64,000 bases of DNA from Bacillota bacterium. GTDB taxonomy: Bacteria > Bacillota > Clostridia > Acetivibrionales > DTU013. Under the pieces are notes generated by a model. That model saw only the letters and a list, made by a program, of their open reading frames with translations, did no database searches and had not been told where the DNA came from. The DNA lies in assembly GCA_023435745.1 (NCBI GenBank), contig JAEZMD010000018.1, forward strand, positions 344,090-408,089, written 5' to 3'. Both the position numbers and the translations under genes were made by a program. Positions 1-9,722 of the stretch are shown here, piece by piece. Every line of letters starts with the position of its first letter. Positions within the stretch are counted from its first letter, which is position 1.

Positions 1-2070
1 ACCCGTGGTATAGACAGCGGATGTAACGTTAGGTTTCAGCTGTACTTTTGAGGTATAAGTCGTAACGCTTGTTTTCCTGACCCAAAGACCTGATGAAAGT
101 CTGGCAAAGTCGCCTGTCATGCCTGTCACATAATCGACCATTCCCTTGCGGAGCTCGTAAGCTGCGCCGTTTCCGGTATTTGTTGATTCGTAGGTGTCGA
201 TGTCCTCTTTTATGATCTCCGCATAAAATGGAGATCTACTCATTATAACACCAACGGTGGCAGGGGCTTTGCGCGTTTTTACCGTACCATTGTAATTCAT
301 GGTGTATGAAGGTGTTCCAAGGTCGATGTTGCGGGGTGTACCTGTGAATGACGGTATAGTATATGTGTAGGTAAATTTAGCCGGGTATAGCCCTCCGCTG
401 GTCGATGCAGTCTTCATTGTATAGGTTTTGCCATTGAACCTGACGGTTACCTTTGAACCGGCCGGCGCCGTGCAGGACAATGTGATTTTCTCGCCCGGCA
501 TCTTGTATTCCTGAGCTTGGGGAAATACGGAGGTCGCGGTTATATCCGCTTTCGTCATCTTTTGCGCCGGCGAGGAGTCTGTTGATCGGTTGATGACTCT
601 TGTAACATAGGAGCCGTCCTGCGAGAAGGTAAATGTGTTGGTTCCATTGACCAGTGTTACCAGAATGCCAAAATAGCCTTTGCTTGAGCGGCTTTCAACA
701 AGTTTTCCGTTCAGGTAAAGAGGCTTGCTTGGATCGGATGCACCGTTCAGATAATACTGGCTGTATCCGGTTTTGATATTAGCGGACGGTCTTGTAACAG
801 TGACCGGAACGGCTGGAATCCCTCCGTCAATCCTCTCATATGCTGCTCTAATAGTTGCACTCAGGGCAGGATACTTTGCCAGGGAGGTATAATTGTAAAA
901 CATGCTGCCTTTTACCTCCGGATAATTCCGGTTCAGCCACATCTGCCTTTCAATTTCTGCAACGCCATACCAGGGGCTTTTTGGATCTGAATTACCGGCT
1001 TTGTATAATGCATGTCCTATATACAAATCAACCGAGGTACCCTTTACCACATCTACCCACCAGGTCAGCAATTTGCTGTAATCAGCAACTGAATATCCGA
1101 TGTTCCAATAAATCTGTGGAGTTATGTAATCAATGATTCCATCCTTTACCCACTTTCTCGAATCTGCATAGTGGTCATAATAGGATTCAAGACCTCTTGT
1201 ATCGCTGCCCAGAGAATGCGAAGCCTTGTTTGCCCAGATACCAAAGGGGCTTATGCCAAAGCGGATATCCTTGTCGGCTGCCTTGATAGCCTTGTACACT
1301 TCAGAAATAAGGGCGTTCACATTTGCCCTGCGCCAATCGCCAATATTCTTATAGCTCGTGCCAAAGGCGGCAAAGGTCTTTGAGTCGTCGAATTCTCTTC
1401 CGGGATAGAAATAATCGTCAAAGTGAATGCCGTCGATATCGTAATTGTTAACCAACTCCAATATACTGTCTTTGATAAGTTTGCGCACCTCTGGGATTCC
1501 GGGGTTGAAGTAGAGATTCTTATCGGAATATCTTACGACCCAGTCGGGATTCTTGCGCGCTGGGTGCGTTGAAGCAAGGGAAGCAATGGTCGGCAAAGGC
1601 TCGGATGAGGTTTTTTTGGTGATCCTGTACGGGTTGATCCAGGCGTGCAGCTCAATACCGCGTTTGTGAGCTTCTGTGATCCAGAAGGCGAGCGGATCAA
1701 AGCCATTTGCAGGGGCTTTCCCCTGTGTGCCTGTCAGGAATTTGGACCATGGGAAATAATTTGATTTATAAAATGCGTCCGCCGTGGGCCGCACCTGCAG
1801 AAAGACGGCGTTAAAGCCTGTTTTCTCAGCTTCGTCCAATATTTTCAGCGCTTCCGCTTTCAAAACAGATGGATCGGTTGTCGGTTTGGTGGGATAATCA
1901 ATATTTACAACCGATGCGACCCACATTCCGCGCATTTCTTCTTTCGCAGATGATTCGGCAGCAGGTCCGGAGGATGATCCTGCAGCGGGAACGGCGCTCA
2001 CCGGCGTAACTGAAAGGGATTGGCAAAAAATCAGTATAACAATAATTATTTTAAGTAAATATTTCATCAT
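1..2070 (-). CDS. Glycosyl-hydrolase-like 10 (DUF187 / YngK-type) secreted protein; the C-terminal end runs off the window
   Basis: Absent from the ORF track because there is no stop inside the window. The reverse strand from ATGATG at 2070/2067 (AGGAG at 2074-2078) reads MKYLLKIIIVILIFCQSLSVTPVSA (signal peptide), then EEMRGMWVASVVNIDYP...GFNAVFLQVRPTADAFY...IELHAWINPYR. It stays open to position 1. Confidence 0.75.
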   Translation of the reverse strand, partial: MMKYLLKIIIVILIFCQSLSVTPVSAVPAAGSSSGPAAESSAKEEMRGMWVASVVNIDYPTKPTTDPSVLKAEALKILDEAEKTGFNAVFLQVRPTADAFYKSNYFPWSKFLTGTQGKAPANGFDPLAFWITEAHKRGIELHAWINPYRITKKTSSEPLPTIASLASTHPARKNPDWVVRYSDKNLYFNPGIPEVRKLIKDSILELVNNYDIDGIHFDDYFYPGREFDDSKTFAAFGTSYKNIGDWRRANVNALISEVYKAIKAADKDIRFGISPFGIWANKASHSLGSDTRGLESYYDHYADSRKWVKDGIIDYITPQIYWNIGYSVADYSKLLTWWVDVVKGTSVDLYIGHALYKAGNSDPKSPWYGVAEIERQMWLNRNYPEVKGSMFYNYTSLAKYPALSATIRAAYERIDGGIPAVPVTVTRPSANIKTGYSQYYLNGASDPSKPLYLNGKLVESRSSKGYFGILVTLVNGTNTFTFSQDGSYVTRVINRSTDSSPAQKMTKADITATSVFPQAQEYKMPGEKITLSCTAPAGSKVTVRFNGKTYTMKTASTSGGLYPAKFTYTYTIPSFTGTPRNIDLGTPSYTMNYNGTVKTRKAPATVGVIMSRSPFYAEIIKEDIDTYESTNTGNGAAYELRKGMVDYVTGMTGDFARLSSGLWVRKTSVTTYTSKVQLKPNVTSAVYTTG

Positions 2071-2350
2071 TTGCTCCTTAATGACTTATTTTTATTTATA
2101 TCGACATATTATTTCTGTAAATGTTCCCTCAATCCCTGTCAGTTTAACATTTTTTAACCTTTTGCAGTAAGGTAACAGTAAACTATTAGCACTCCTTCGG
2201 ACAAACCGGCAGGCATCGGTTGGAAAACTCCCCGGCTGCAAGATTGGGATAATTTTAGGATGCATTGTTGTCATACATCATCTTGATGATATAATGATAT
2301 TATGTTCGGTCCGCTCGGTGTGGTTAAAGAATCATGTAAAGCGAGGTATT

Positions 2351-4498
2351 ATGATGGAAAAGCAATTTCGAAAACGTGCCCAGGAACTGGTGGAAAGCAT
2401 GACGTTGGAGGAGGCTGCATCACAACTGCGTTATGATGCGCCTTCGATCACGCGTTTGGGCATACCCTCCTACAATTGGTGGAACGAGGCATTGCACGGA
2501 GTCGCGCGCGCAGGAACGGCGACGGTGTTTCCACAGGCAATTGGGATGGCCGCTATGTTTGATCCGGAGTTTTTACGCAAGATTGCCGATGTGATATCAA
2601 CTGAGGCAAGGGCGAAATATAACATGCAATCTTCACTCGGTGATTATGATATTTATAAAGGGCTCACTGTTTGGTCGCCAAATATAAACATTTTTCGGGA
2701 TCCGCGCTGGGGACGCGGACATGAAACTTACGGAGAGGATCCCTTCTTGACAAAAACCCTTGGCGTCGCATTTATCCGCGGACTGCAGGGGGAATCGGAA
2801 TACCTTAAGACGGCGGCGTGCGCCAAGCATTTTGCCGTCCATTCCGGGCCGGAGGCACTTCGTCACAGCTTTGATGCAAAGGCGTCTGCAAAGGATATGG
2901 AAGAGACTTATCTACCAGCCTTCAAGGCGGCAGTGAAGGAAGCAAAGGTCGAAGCGGTTATGGGTGCATATAACCGCACAAACGGTGAACCATGCTGCGG
3001 AAGCAAGACGCTGCTTGAAGATCTGCTTCGCGGGCAATGGGGCTTTGAGGGTCATGTTGTCTCTGATTGCTGGGCTATCAGGGACTTTCATGAGCATCAC
3101 GGAGTAACGAGAACTGCAGAGGAATCAGCAGCCCTTGCCATCAACAATGGATGCGATGTTAATTGCGGCAACACCTACCTTCATATGCTAATTGCGCATC
3201 AGGAGGGTCTGGTGAGCGAACAAACAATCCGGAACGCTGCGACACGCCTGTTTACGACCCGGATGCGCCTTGGAATGTTTGACAGGGACTGTGAATACGA
3301 CAATATCACATTTGAGGATAATGACACCGAGGCACATCGTCAACTGGCTGCGGAGGCGGCCAGGCGGTCGGCGGTGCTGCTGAAAAACAATGGCATCCTG
3401 CCGCTGGATCAATCCAGATTAAAACGCATTGCTGCAATTGGTCCTACGGCGGACTCACGGAAAGTACTCGAAGGCAATTACTGTGGAACAGCGTCGGAGT
3501 ATATTACGAATCTGGAGGGTATCCGCAAGGCTGCCGGAGAAGATATCCGCATCTTTTATTCAGTCGGCTGTGACCTGTTCAGAGACCGGGTGGAGCCGCT
3601 TGCAATGCCAAATGACCGTATCAGTGAGGCAAAAGGCTGTGCTGCCGCAAGTGATGTGATCATCCTGTGCCTTGGGCTCGACGCAAGCATCGAAGGAGAA
3701 CAGGGCGACACGGGTAACAGCGATGCCGCAGGTGATAAAACCAGTCTTTTGCTGCCTCAATCGCAGCGTATATTGCTTAATGAAATGCTGTCTGTTGGTA
3801 AGCCGGTTGTACTTGTGCTCAACAGCGGCAGCGCCATTGACATAGGCGATGCGGCGGACCGCTGCGCTGCTGTTTTACAATGCTGGTACAGCGGTGCGCA
3901 GGGCGGACGTGCACTTGGTGAAATCCTGTTCGGCCGGTGCAATCCTTCCGGTAAGCTGCCGGTTACATTCTACCGTGATGGCACGCTGCCCGATTTTGAG
4001 GATTATAGCATGCATGGAAGAACATACCGCTATCTGGATCAGGAACCGCTGTATCCTTTTGGATACGGATTGTCATATACCTCGTTCCGATTCGATGACT
4101 TGAAAATCAATGCATATGAGGCGGGGAAGCCTTTGTGCGGGACCGTCACTGTAACAAATGACGGCAGATTTGACGGTGCTGAAGTGGCAGAGTTCTATAT
4201 AAAAAATCACATTGAGGAAAATGCAGCTGATCCAAGAAACGCCAATGTTCGCGACAGGATCGGAGAGCAGCCTCATTATTCACTGTGCGGGATGCAGCGG
4301 TTGTTCCTGAAAGCAGGCGAAAGCACAACCCTGCATTTTGAAATATCGCCGCAATGCCTTGAAACGGTGCTGGAGGACGGGACAAGGGTAACTCTGTACG
4401 GACGTTACTCTATCTTCGCGGGAGGAAGCCAGCCAGACAGTCGCAGCGTGGAATTAACTGGAAAACGGCCCCTTTGCACCTCGGTTCAGATCGGGTGA
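2351..4498 (+). CDS. Glycoside hydrolase family 3 beta-glucosidase/beta-xylosidase-like enzyme
   Basis: Shows GH3 hallmarks: NWWNEALHGV, RDPRWGRGHETYGEDP, KHFAVHSGPE and GFEGHVVSDCWAI (nucleophile Asp region). I prefer the ATG at 2351 (MMEKQF) over the track start at 2294. Confidence 0.85.
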   Translation: MMEKQFRKRAQELVESMTLEEAASQLRYDAPSITRLGIPSYNWWNEALHGVARAGTATVFPQAIGMAAMFDPEFLRKIADVISTEARAKYNMQSSLGDYDIYKGLTVWSPNINIFRDPRWGRGHETYGEDPFLTKTLGVAFIRGLQGESEYLKTAACAKHFAVHSGPEALRHSFDAKASAKDMEETYLPAFKAAVKEAKVEAVMGAYNRTNGEPCCGSKTLLEDLLRGQWGFEGHVVSDCWAIRDFHEHHGVTRTAEESAALAINNGCDVNCGNTYLHMLIAHQEGLVSEQTIRNAATRLFTTRMRLGMFDRDCEYDNITFEDNDTEAHRQLAAEAARRSAVLLKNNGILPLDQSRLKRIAAIGPTADSRKVLEGNYCGTASEYITNLEGIRKAAGEDIRIFYSVGCDLFRDRVEPLAMPNDRISEAKGCAAASDVIILCLGLDASIEGEQGDTGNSDAAGDKTSLLLPQSQRILLNEMLSVGKPVVLVLNSGSAIDIGDAADRCAAVLQCWYSGAQGGRALGEILFGRCNPSGKLPVTFYRDGTLPDFEDYSMHGRTYRYLDQEPLYPFGYGLSYTSFRFDDLKINAYEAGKPLCGTVTVTNDGRFDGAEVAEFYIKNHIEENAADPRNANVRDRIGEQPHYSLCGMQRLFLKAGESTTLHFEISPQCLETVLEDGTRVTLYGRYSIFAGGSQPDSRSVELTGKRPLCTSVQIG

Positions 4499-4545
4499 GA
4501 ATCGGCCGGCCTTAAAAAAAATCTGGAGGAGAATGTAAATTTTTC

Positions 4546-4574
4546 TTGACTTATTAATTTGCATGGATTAAGAT
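4546..4574 (+). promoter_or_regulatory. Sigma-A-like promoter for the leader and ABC exporter operon
   Basis: TTGACT (4546-4551), a 17-nt spacer, then TAAGAT (4569-4574), lying 45 nt upstream of the leader ORF. Confidence 0.45.
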
Positions 4575-4618
4575 AAATGCTGTGAGTGATCACAAATCTA
4601 AGAATAGGAGGCAGGTAC

Positions 4619-4726
4619 ATGTTTAGGATTGAAGTGAAAGCTTTTTACGCAGCCACAGTAAAAATGAATCGAATCGGCAATTTCGCAATATCTGATAACC
4701 CTGCCTTACTCACCGGTATCATCTGA
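4619..4726 (+). CDS. Candidate 35-aa leader peptide (MFRIEVKAFYAATVKMNRIGNFAISDNPALLTGII)
   Basis: AGGAGG at 4606-4611 sits 7 nt before the ATG at 4619, and the TGA is at 4724-4726. The ORF is below the track's size cut-off and is followed by overlapping alternative hairpins and a terminator. Confidence 0.4.
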   Translation: MFRIEVKAFYAATVKMNRIGNFAISDNPALLTGII

Positions 4727-4754
4727 CAGATTAGGTTGTTTACTGAAATGAGAG

Positions 4755-4798
4755 GGTCGCGGGTTATGCCTGCGGCCTTTATTTATTCCTGAAAGGCC
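4755..4798 (+). promoter_or_regulatory. Alternative hairpins A and B (anti-antiterminator and antiterminator candidates)
   Basis: Hairpin A pairs GGTCGCGGG (4755-4763) with CCTGCGGCC (4769-4777), including two G-U pairs. Hairpin B pairs GGCCTTT (4774-4780) with AAAGGCC (4792-4798). B shares bases with both A and the terminator stem. Confidence 0.4.
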
Positions 4799-4833
4799 GA
4801 GGCGTGTATTCTTCGGCCTTTTGTTTGTGTTTG
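4792..4833 (+). terminator. Rho-independent terminator/attenuator upstream of the ABC genes
   Basis: A perfect 9-bp stem, AAAGGCCGA (4792-4800) with TCGGCCTTT (4813-4821), is followed by TTTGTTTGTGTTT. Confidence 0.6.
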
Positions 4834-4893
4834 CAGCAGATCGGAAAATGAGCAGTTGAGTTAGGCGGATATTTTGGCTAAGGGGGAATTCTT

Positions 4894-6630
4894 TTGAAAC
4901 GACTATTAAAATTAATAAAAAAGCAGTGGCTAACCTACGCTATTGCCTTGACGGCGCTGCTGGCATCAATCTCGCTGGATATGTTTAACCCTCGTCTTGT
5001 AGGAGGAATCATTGACAGAGTAATCATGAACGGAGAAATGGATTACCTCCGGCCTGCATTACTGGCGCTGGTGGCAATCACAATTGGCCGCGCGGTTCTT
5101 GGTTATACCAAGGAATATGGATTTGACATTGCAAGCTCAAAGGTCATTGTGAACCTGAGAAAAAATTTGTTTGATCACATACAAAAGCAGTCATTCTCCT
5201 TTTTTGACGAGAACAACACCGGAGAGCTGATGTCTCGTATCAAGGAAGATACGGAGAATATCATGAATGCTATTTGTTACGGAGCGATGCTGTTTCTGGA
5301 GCAGGTCATCTATTTTATCATTGCCTCCGTCATCCTTTTTACAATCAACTGGAAACTTACGTTAATCAGTCTGGTAACAATGCCCATCATAGAGTATGTG
5401 GTATTCAAGCTGGAGAAACAGATGGGGATGACGTATGGGAAAATCAGTGATCAAAGGGCTCTTCTCAATACGACAGCCGAGCAAAACATATCCGGAGTAA
5501 GGGTAGTTAAGGCGTTTGGCAGAGAAAAACATGAAATTCAGAAGTTTCTTTCCCAAAATGAGGAGAATTATAGGATCAATCTGGAGCAGGCAATGGCTAT
5601 GGCAAAGTACTTCCCGCCCATTGAATTTTTGTCCAGCTTGGTGCTCGTTCTGGTAATCAGCTTCGGAGGATATTTTGTCATCGGAGGAGAAATGACGCTG
5701 GGGACGCTTGTTGCATTCAGCCACTATATTTTCATGCTGATCTGGCCGATGCGCATGATGGGATGGCTGACCAACGTTTTGGCACAGTGCATAGCTTCTG
5801 TCAGGAAAGTAGAAAAGATATTCAATGAAGAACCGACAATAAAAAACTGCGAGGCTCCGATAGCGCCTGAGGTGTTCCGCGGACATGTGGAATTCAGGAA
5901 TGTCAGCTTCGATTTTTCCGGCACAACCGTACTGAAGGATGTCAGCATCGACGCCAGACCCGGAAGTACAATCGCGATTATGGGTATCACGGGCGCAGGC
6001 AAAAGTTCGCTTGTAAACCTTATCGGCAGGTACTATGATTGTTCGGCAGGAAAGGTGTGCTTTGACGGCCATGACGTAAAGGAGATGGATTTATTCCTGC
6101 TCAGGAAGAATGTATCGGTCGTAATGCAGGAGACTTTCCTGTTTTCCGACACCATTGAGGAGAATATACGGTTTGGCACGGAGGGTGTTTCTGATGAGGA
6201 ATTTATGGCAGCTTGCAGAGATTCTATGGTGGATGAGTTTGTATCACAGCTTCCGGATGGCTACCAGACAGTCATCGGCGAGCGTGGTATCGGACTTTCC
6301 GGCGGCCAGAAGCAGAGGATTTCCATTGCAAGGGCTCTGGTCAGAAAAGCGAGCGTACTGGTGATGGATGACTCCACATCCGCATTGGACATGGGGACGG
6401 AATTTGCCATACAGAAGGCCATGGAGTGCAGGAAGGACATCACGCGGTTTATCATTGCACACAGGGTATCTGCAGTAAAAAATGCTGATGAGATCATTTA
6501 CTTCGATGGCGGAAGAATAGTTGAACGTGGCAGTCATCAGGAACTGTTAAACCTGAGAGGATGTTATTTTGACACATACTGCGAGCAGTACCGCGACTTT
6601 GTGGATGCTCTTGAAAAAGAGGTGGTATAA
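4894..6630 (+). CDS. ABC exporter half-transporter (TMD-NBD), the subunit with the degenerate ATP site
   Basis: Six-TM type-I exporter domain. Walker A is GITGAGKSS, the signature is LSGGQKQR, and Walker B is VLVMDDSTSALD, with Asp in place of the catalytic Glu. TTG start follows GGGGGA. Confidence 0.85.
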   Translation: MKRLLKLIKKQWLTYAIALTALLASISLDMFNPRLVGGIIDRVIMNGEMDYLRPALLALVAITIGRAVLGYTKEYGFDIASSKVIVNLRKNLFDHIQKQSFSFFDENNTGELMSRIKEDTENIMNAICYGAMLFLEQVIYFIIASVILFTINWKLTLISLVTMPIIEYVVFKLEKQMGMTYGKISDQRALLNTTAEQNISGVRVVKAFGREKHEIQKFLSQNEENYRINLEQAMAMAKYFPPIEFLSSLVLVLVISFGGYFVIGGEMTLGTLVAFSHYIFMLIWPMRMMGWLTNVLAQCIASVRKVEKIFNEEPTIKNCEAPIAPEVFRGHVEFRNVSFDFSGTTVLKDVSIDARPGSTIAIMGITGAGKSSLVNLIGRYYDCSAGKVCFDGHDVKEMDLFLLRKNVSVVMQETFLFSDTIEENIRFGTEGVSDEEFMAACRDSMVDEFVSQLPDGYQTVIGERGIGLSGGQKQRISIARALVRKASVLVMDDSTSALDMGTEFAIQKAMECRKDITRFIIAHRVSAVKNADEIIYFDGGRIVERGSHQELLNLRGCYFDTYCEQYRDFVDALEKEVV

Positions 6631-8423
6631 TGCCAATCAATAATTTTAAGGACGATGAGATATTAAAACAGAGTTTAAACATTACGATTGTAAAGAGGCT
6701 TTTGACATACCTGAAGCCATACGGCGGCGCAGTCGCCAAGACTTTGGTGCTGATGCTGGCGGCCATTGCGGTCGAGCTTTTCAACCCTTACTTTTTGAAG
6801 CTGGGGATTGATAGATATATCAAGGTGGGAGACTGGCGGAACCTGTTGCTTCTTGGCGGTATTATGATCCTGGCGAATGCACTGGCAATGATCTGCTCGC
6901 GCTTTCGGATCGTTATCATGGGTAAAGTGTCGAACAGTATTCTGATGACGATTCGTCAGCAGTTGTATACACATATTCAGAAGCTGTCCTTTTCATTTTT
7001 TGATAACAGACCGACAGGAAAAATACTTGCACGTATTATCGGTGATGTTAACTCTCTGAACGATTTGTTTACCAATAGCGTGACCAGTTTGATCCCTGAG
7101 CTTATAAAAATTGTGTCGGTTGTTGTGATCATGATGGTGATGAACTACAGGCTTGCTTTGGTTGCCCTGGCGACGCTTCCGGTTATGATGCTGGTTATGT
7201 TCACAGTCTCTATAGTATCAAGAAAGAGGTGGCAGATATTCAGGAAAAAGACTTCAAACCTGAATGCATTCACCCATGAGGACTTTTCCGGAATAAGGGT
7301 CGTACAGAGTTTTGCCGCTGAGAAGAATACATCGGCTATGTTTCTTAAGCTATGCAATGACTGGAGAAAAGCCTTTATCAGAGCAGTGCGGATGAATGAC
7401 TTCTTCTGGCCGACTGTAGAAATGTCGTGGGGTATGGGGACGGTTCTCGTCTTTTGGCTTGGAGCGACGCTGATTGAAACGAATACGATCACGCCGGGTT
7501 TACTTGTGGCATTTACAAGCTATGTATCAATGTTCTGGCAGCCGATCATGAACATAAGCAATTTCTATAACCAGCTTGTTACCAATATGTCTGGAGCGGA
7601 AAGAATCTTTGAGATCCTTGACATAGATCCTGACATCAAGGATAGACTCAACTCAACAGTTATGCCTAAAATCAGGGGAGACGTTTCTTTCCGAAATGTA
7701 ACTTTTGGGTATGATGAGGGTCAGCAGGTGCTCAGGGACGTCAGCTTTGATGTGAAAGCAGGTCAGACAATTGCGCTAGTCGGATCGACGGGAGCCGGCA
7801 AAACAACGGTTGTTAACCTGATCAGCAGGTTTTATGAAGTTACTGCCGGAAGTGTGCTGATTGACGGGTTCAATCTGAACAATGTGACATTAGAGAGTCT
7901 CAGGGGACAGATTGGTTTGATGCCGCAGGACACATTCCTATTTTCAACTACAATAAAGGAGAATCTGTGTTATGGTAAGCTCGACGCAACGGATGAGGAG
8001 ATCATTGCAGCAGCAAAAGCAGTGTCGGCTCATGACTTTATTATGAAGCTCGAGAAGGGGTACGATACTGACGTAAATGAAAGAGGAACCCGGTTATCGG
8101 CCGGACAGCGGCAATTGATCGCTTTTGCCAGAGCACTGCTGGCAAATCCCCGTATACTGATACTTGACGAAGCAACAGCAAGCATCGATACGCATACGGA
8201 GCGATTGGTACAGAGTGGCATTAAAAAACTGCTGCAGGGGAGGACCTCTTTTGTAATCGCCCATAGGCTTTCTACGATACGCAATGCCGACCGGATCATG
8301 GTGGTAGAAGATGGCGGGATCGTTGAAAGCGGCACGCATGAGGAGCTTATTCGCCTCCGCGGCCAGTATTACAATCTGTATACATCCCAATTCAAGTTTT
8401 TAAACGACGAGGAGGCGGTTTAA
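6630..8423 (+). CDS. ABC exporter half-transporter (TMD-NBD), the canonical subunit
   Basis: Start overlaps the upstream stop (TAATG). Walker A is GSTGAGKTT, the signature is LSAGQRQL, and Walker B is ILILDEATASID with the catalytic Glu. Confidence 0.85.
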   Translation: MPINNFKDDEILKQSLNITIVKRLLTYLKPYGGAVAKTLVLMLAAIAVELFNPYFLKLGIDRYIKVGDWRNLLLLGGIMILANALAMICSRFRIVIMGKVSNSILMTIRQQLYTHIQKLSFSFFDNRPTGKILARIIGDVNSLNDLFTNSVTSLIPELIKIVSVVVIMMVMNYRLALVALATLPVMMLVMFTVSIVSRKRWQIFRKKTSNLNAFTHEDFSGIRVVQSFAAEKNTSAMFLKLCNDWRKAFIRAVRMNDFFWPTVEMSWGMGTVLVFWLGATLIETNTITPGLLVAFTSYVSMFWQPIMNISNFYNQLVTNMSGAERIFEILDIDPDIKDRLNSTVMPKIRGDVSFRNVTFGYDEGQQVLRDVSFDVKAGQTIALVGSTGAGKTTVVNLISRFYEVTAGSVLIDGFNLNNVTLESLRGQIGLMPQDTFLFSTTIKENLCYGKLDATDEEIIAAAKAVSAHDFIMKLEKGYDTDVNERGTRLSAGQRQLIAFARALLANPRILILDEATASIDTHTERLVQSGIKKLLQGRTSFVIAHRLSTIRNADRIMVVEDGGIVESGTHEELIRLRGQYYNLYTSQFKFLNDEEAV

Positions 8424-8504
8424 AGAAGTAATCATTTTGTTTAAATGATTATAATTGTGATATTATATAAGTAAATATGTAAGAATCAAGGGGGAGGCCT
8501 GAGC

Positions 8505-8903
8505 ATGTCATTTTTTAAGGAATTCAAGGAATTTGCAGTTAAAGGAAACGTAATAGATTTAGCGGTCGGCGTCATAATTGGCGGTGCTTTCGGTAAGATA
8601 GTTACTTCACTTGTAAACGATGTTGTTATGCCTGTAATTACTCTGATAACAGGTCAGGGAAACTATAAAGACCTCGCTATTACTCTGCCGAATGCAGGAA
8701 AGTTGAATTATGGCCTCTTCATCTCAAATGTGGTTGATTTTGTGATCATTGCCTTTGTTATATTTATCTTTGTCAAACAGATCAACCGATTCAAGAAGAA
8801 ACCGGCCCCGGCGCCAATAACAACAAAGGATTGCCCTTATTGCCGAACCAGCATTCATCTGGAGGCAACAAAATGCCCGAATTGTACATCCGACTTATCA
8901 TAA
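8505..8903 (+). CDS. mscL: Large-conductance mechanosensitive channel MscL with a C-terminal CxxC...CxxC tail
   Basis: N-terminus reads [33 protein letters not shown], the MscL signature. The C-terminus reads [25 protein letters not shown]. Confidence 0.9.
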   Translation: MSFFKEFKEFAVKGNVIDLAVGVIIGGAFGKIVTSLVNDVVMPVITLITGQGNYKDLAITLPNAGKLNYGLFISNVVDFVIIAFVIFIFVKQINRFKKKPAPAPITTKDCPYCRTSIHLEATKCPNCTSDLS

Positions 8904-8946
8904 AGAATTTGCAGGCCGGAGACTGAAATGACTAAGGAGCGAAGGT

Positions 8947-9684
8947 ATGGGCTTTTATGAACAGATAGCACCTTACTACGATTATATCTTTCCTGCGGGA
9001 GATGAGCAGCTTAAATTTTTACAAAAAGCGGCGGGTCTCCCGCCGAAAAAAATACTGGATGTAGCCTGCGGATCCGGCGTATATTCGGTCAAGCTGGCAC
9101 AACTCGGGTATAAAGTGTGGGCGACTGATATCGATGCCGAAATGGTGCGCCTTGCCGGACAAAAAGCAACCGATGGCATGTCCGAGATAAAAACATTTAT
9201 CTCGGACATGCAGCAACTGGATCAGCATATCAGCGAGCAGTTTGATTGCATTTTTTGTATAGGAAACTCAATTGTCCACATTGGCAGTGCTGACTCCATA
9301 TTATCCGCGGTTTTTCAGATGAAGAACCGGCTTGCACCTGGCGGAAAGCTTCTGCTGCAGATCATTAATTTTGACCGTGTTCTTGCTAAGGGAGTAACCT
9401 CATTGCCTACTATTTATAATCAGGAAATCAACCTTGAATTCCAGAGGAATTATCTCAGAGATGACGACAGGGGCTTGATTTATTTTGATACTGTCCTAAC
9501 TGTGAATGAGGATAACGGGCAGAACAGGTTTGAAAACAGAGTCGAGTTGTTCCCCTTATTAGCCTTATCACTAAAAGAAATATTGACCAAAGCCGGTTTT
9601 CGTTCAATTAACTTTTACGGCGGCTTCAATCAGGAGCCCTACATACCGGATGAATCGTTTCTGTTAGTGACAGAGGCGTTTTAA
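8947..9684 (+). CDS. Class I SAM-dependent methyltransferase
   Basis: Motif I is ILDVACGSGVYS, followed by an acidic loop (WATDID) and a Rossmann-like layout. Confidence 0.7.
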   Translation: MGFYEQIAPYYDYIFPAGDEQLKFLQKAAGLPPKKILDVACGSGVYSVKLAQLGYKVWATDIDAEMVRLAGQKATDGMSEIKTFISDMQQLDQHISEQFDCIFCIGNSIVHIGSADSILSAVFQMKNRLAPGGKLLLQIINFDRVLAKGVTSLPTIYNQEINLEFQRNYLRDDDRGLIYFDTVLTVNEDNGQNRFENRVELFPLLALSLKEILTKAGFRSINFYGGFNQEPYIPDESFLLVTEAF

Positions 9685-9722
9685 TATTGCTCAGTAAAGT
9701 GCAAAGGAGAGACAGTTATTTA

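Noticed and set aside
5362-6072. 236-aa antisense ORF inside the first ABC exporter gene
   Set aside because: It has no RBS or recognisable motifs, and the sense strand encodes a complete ABC half-transporter.
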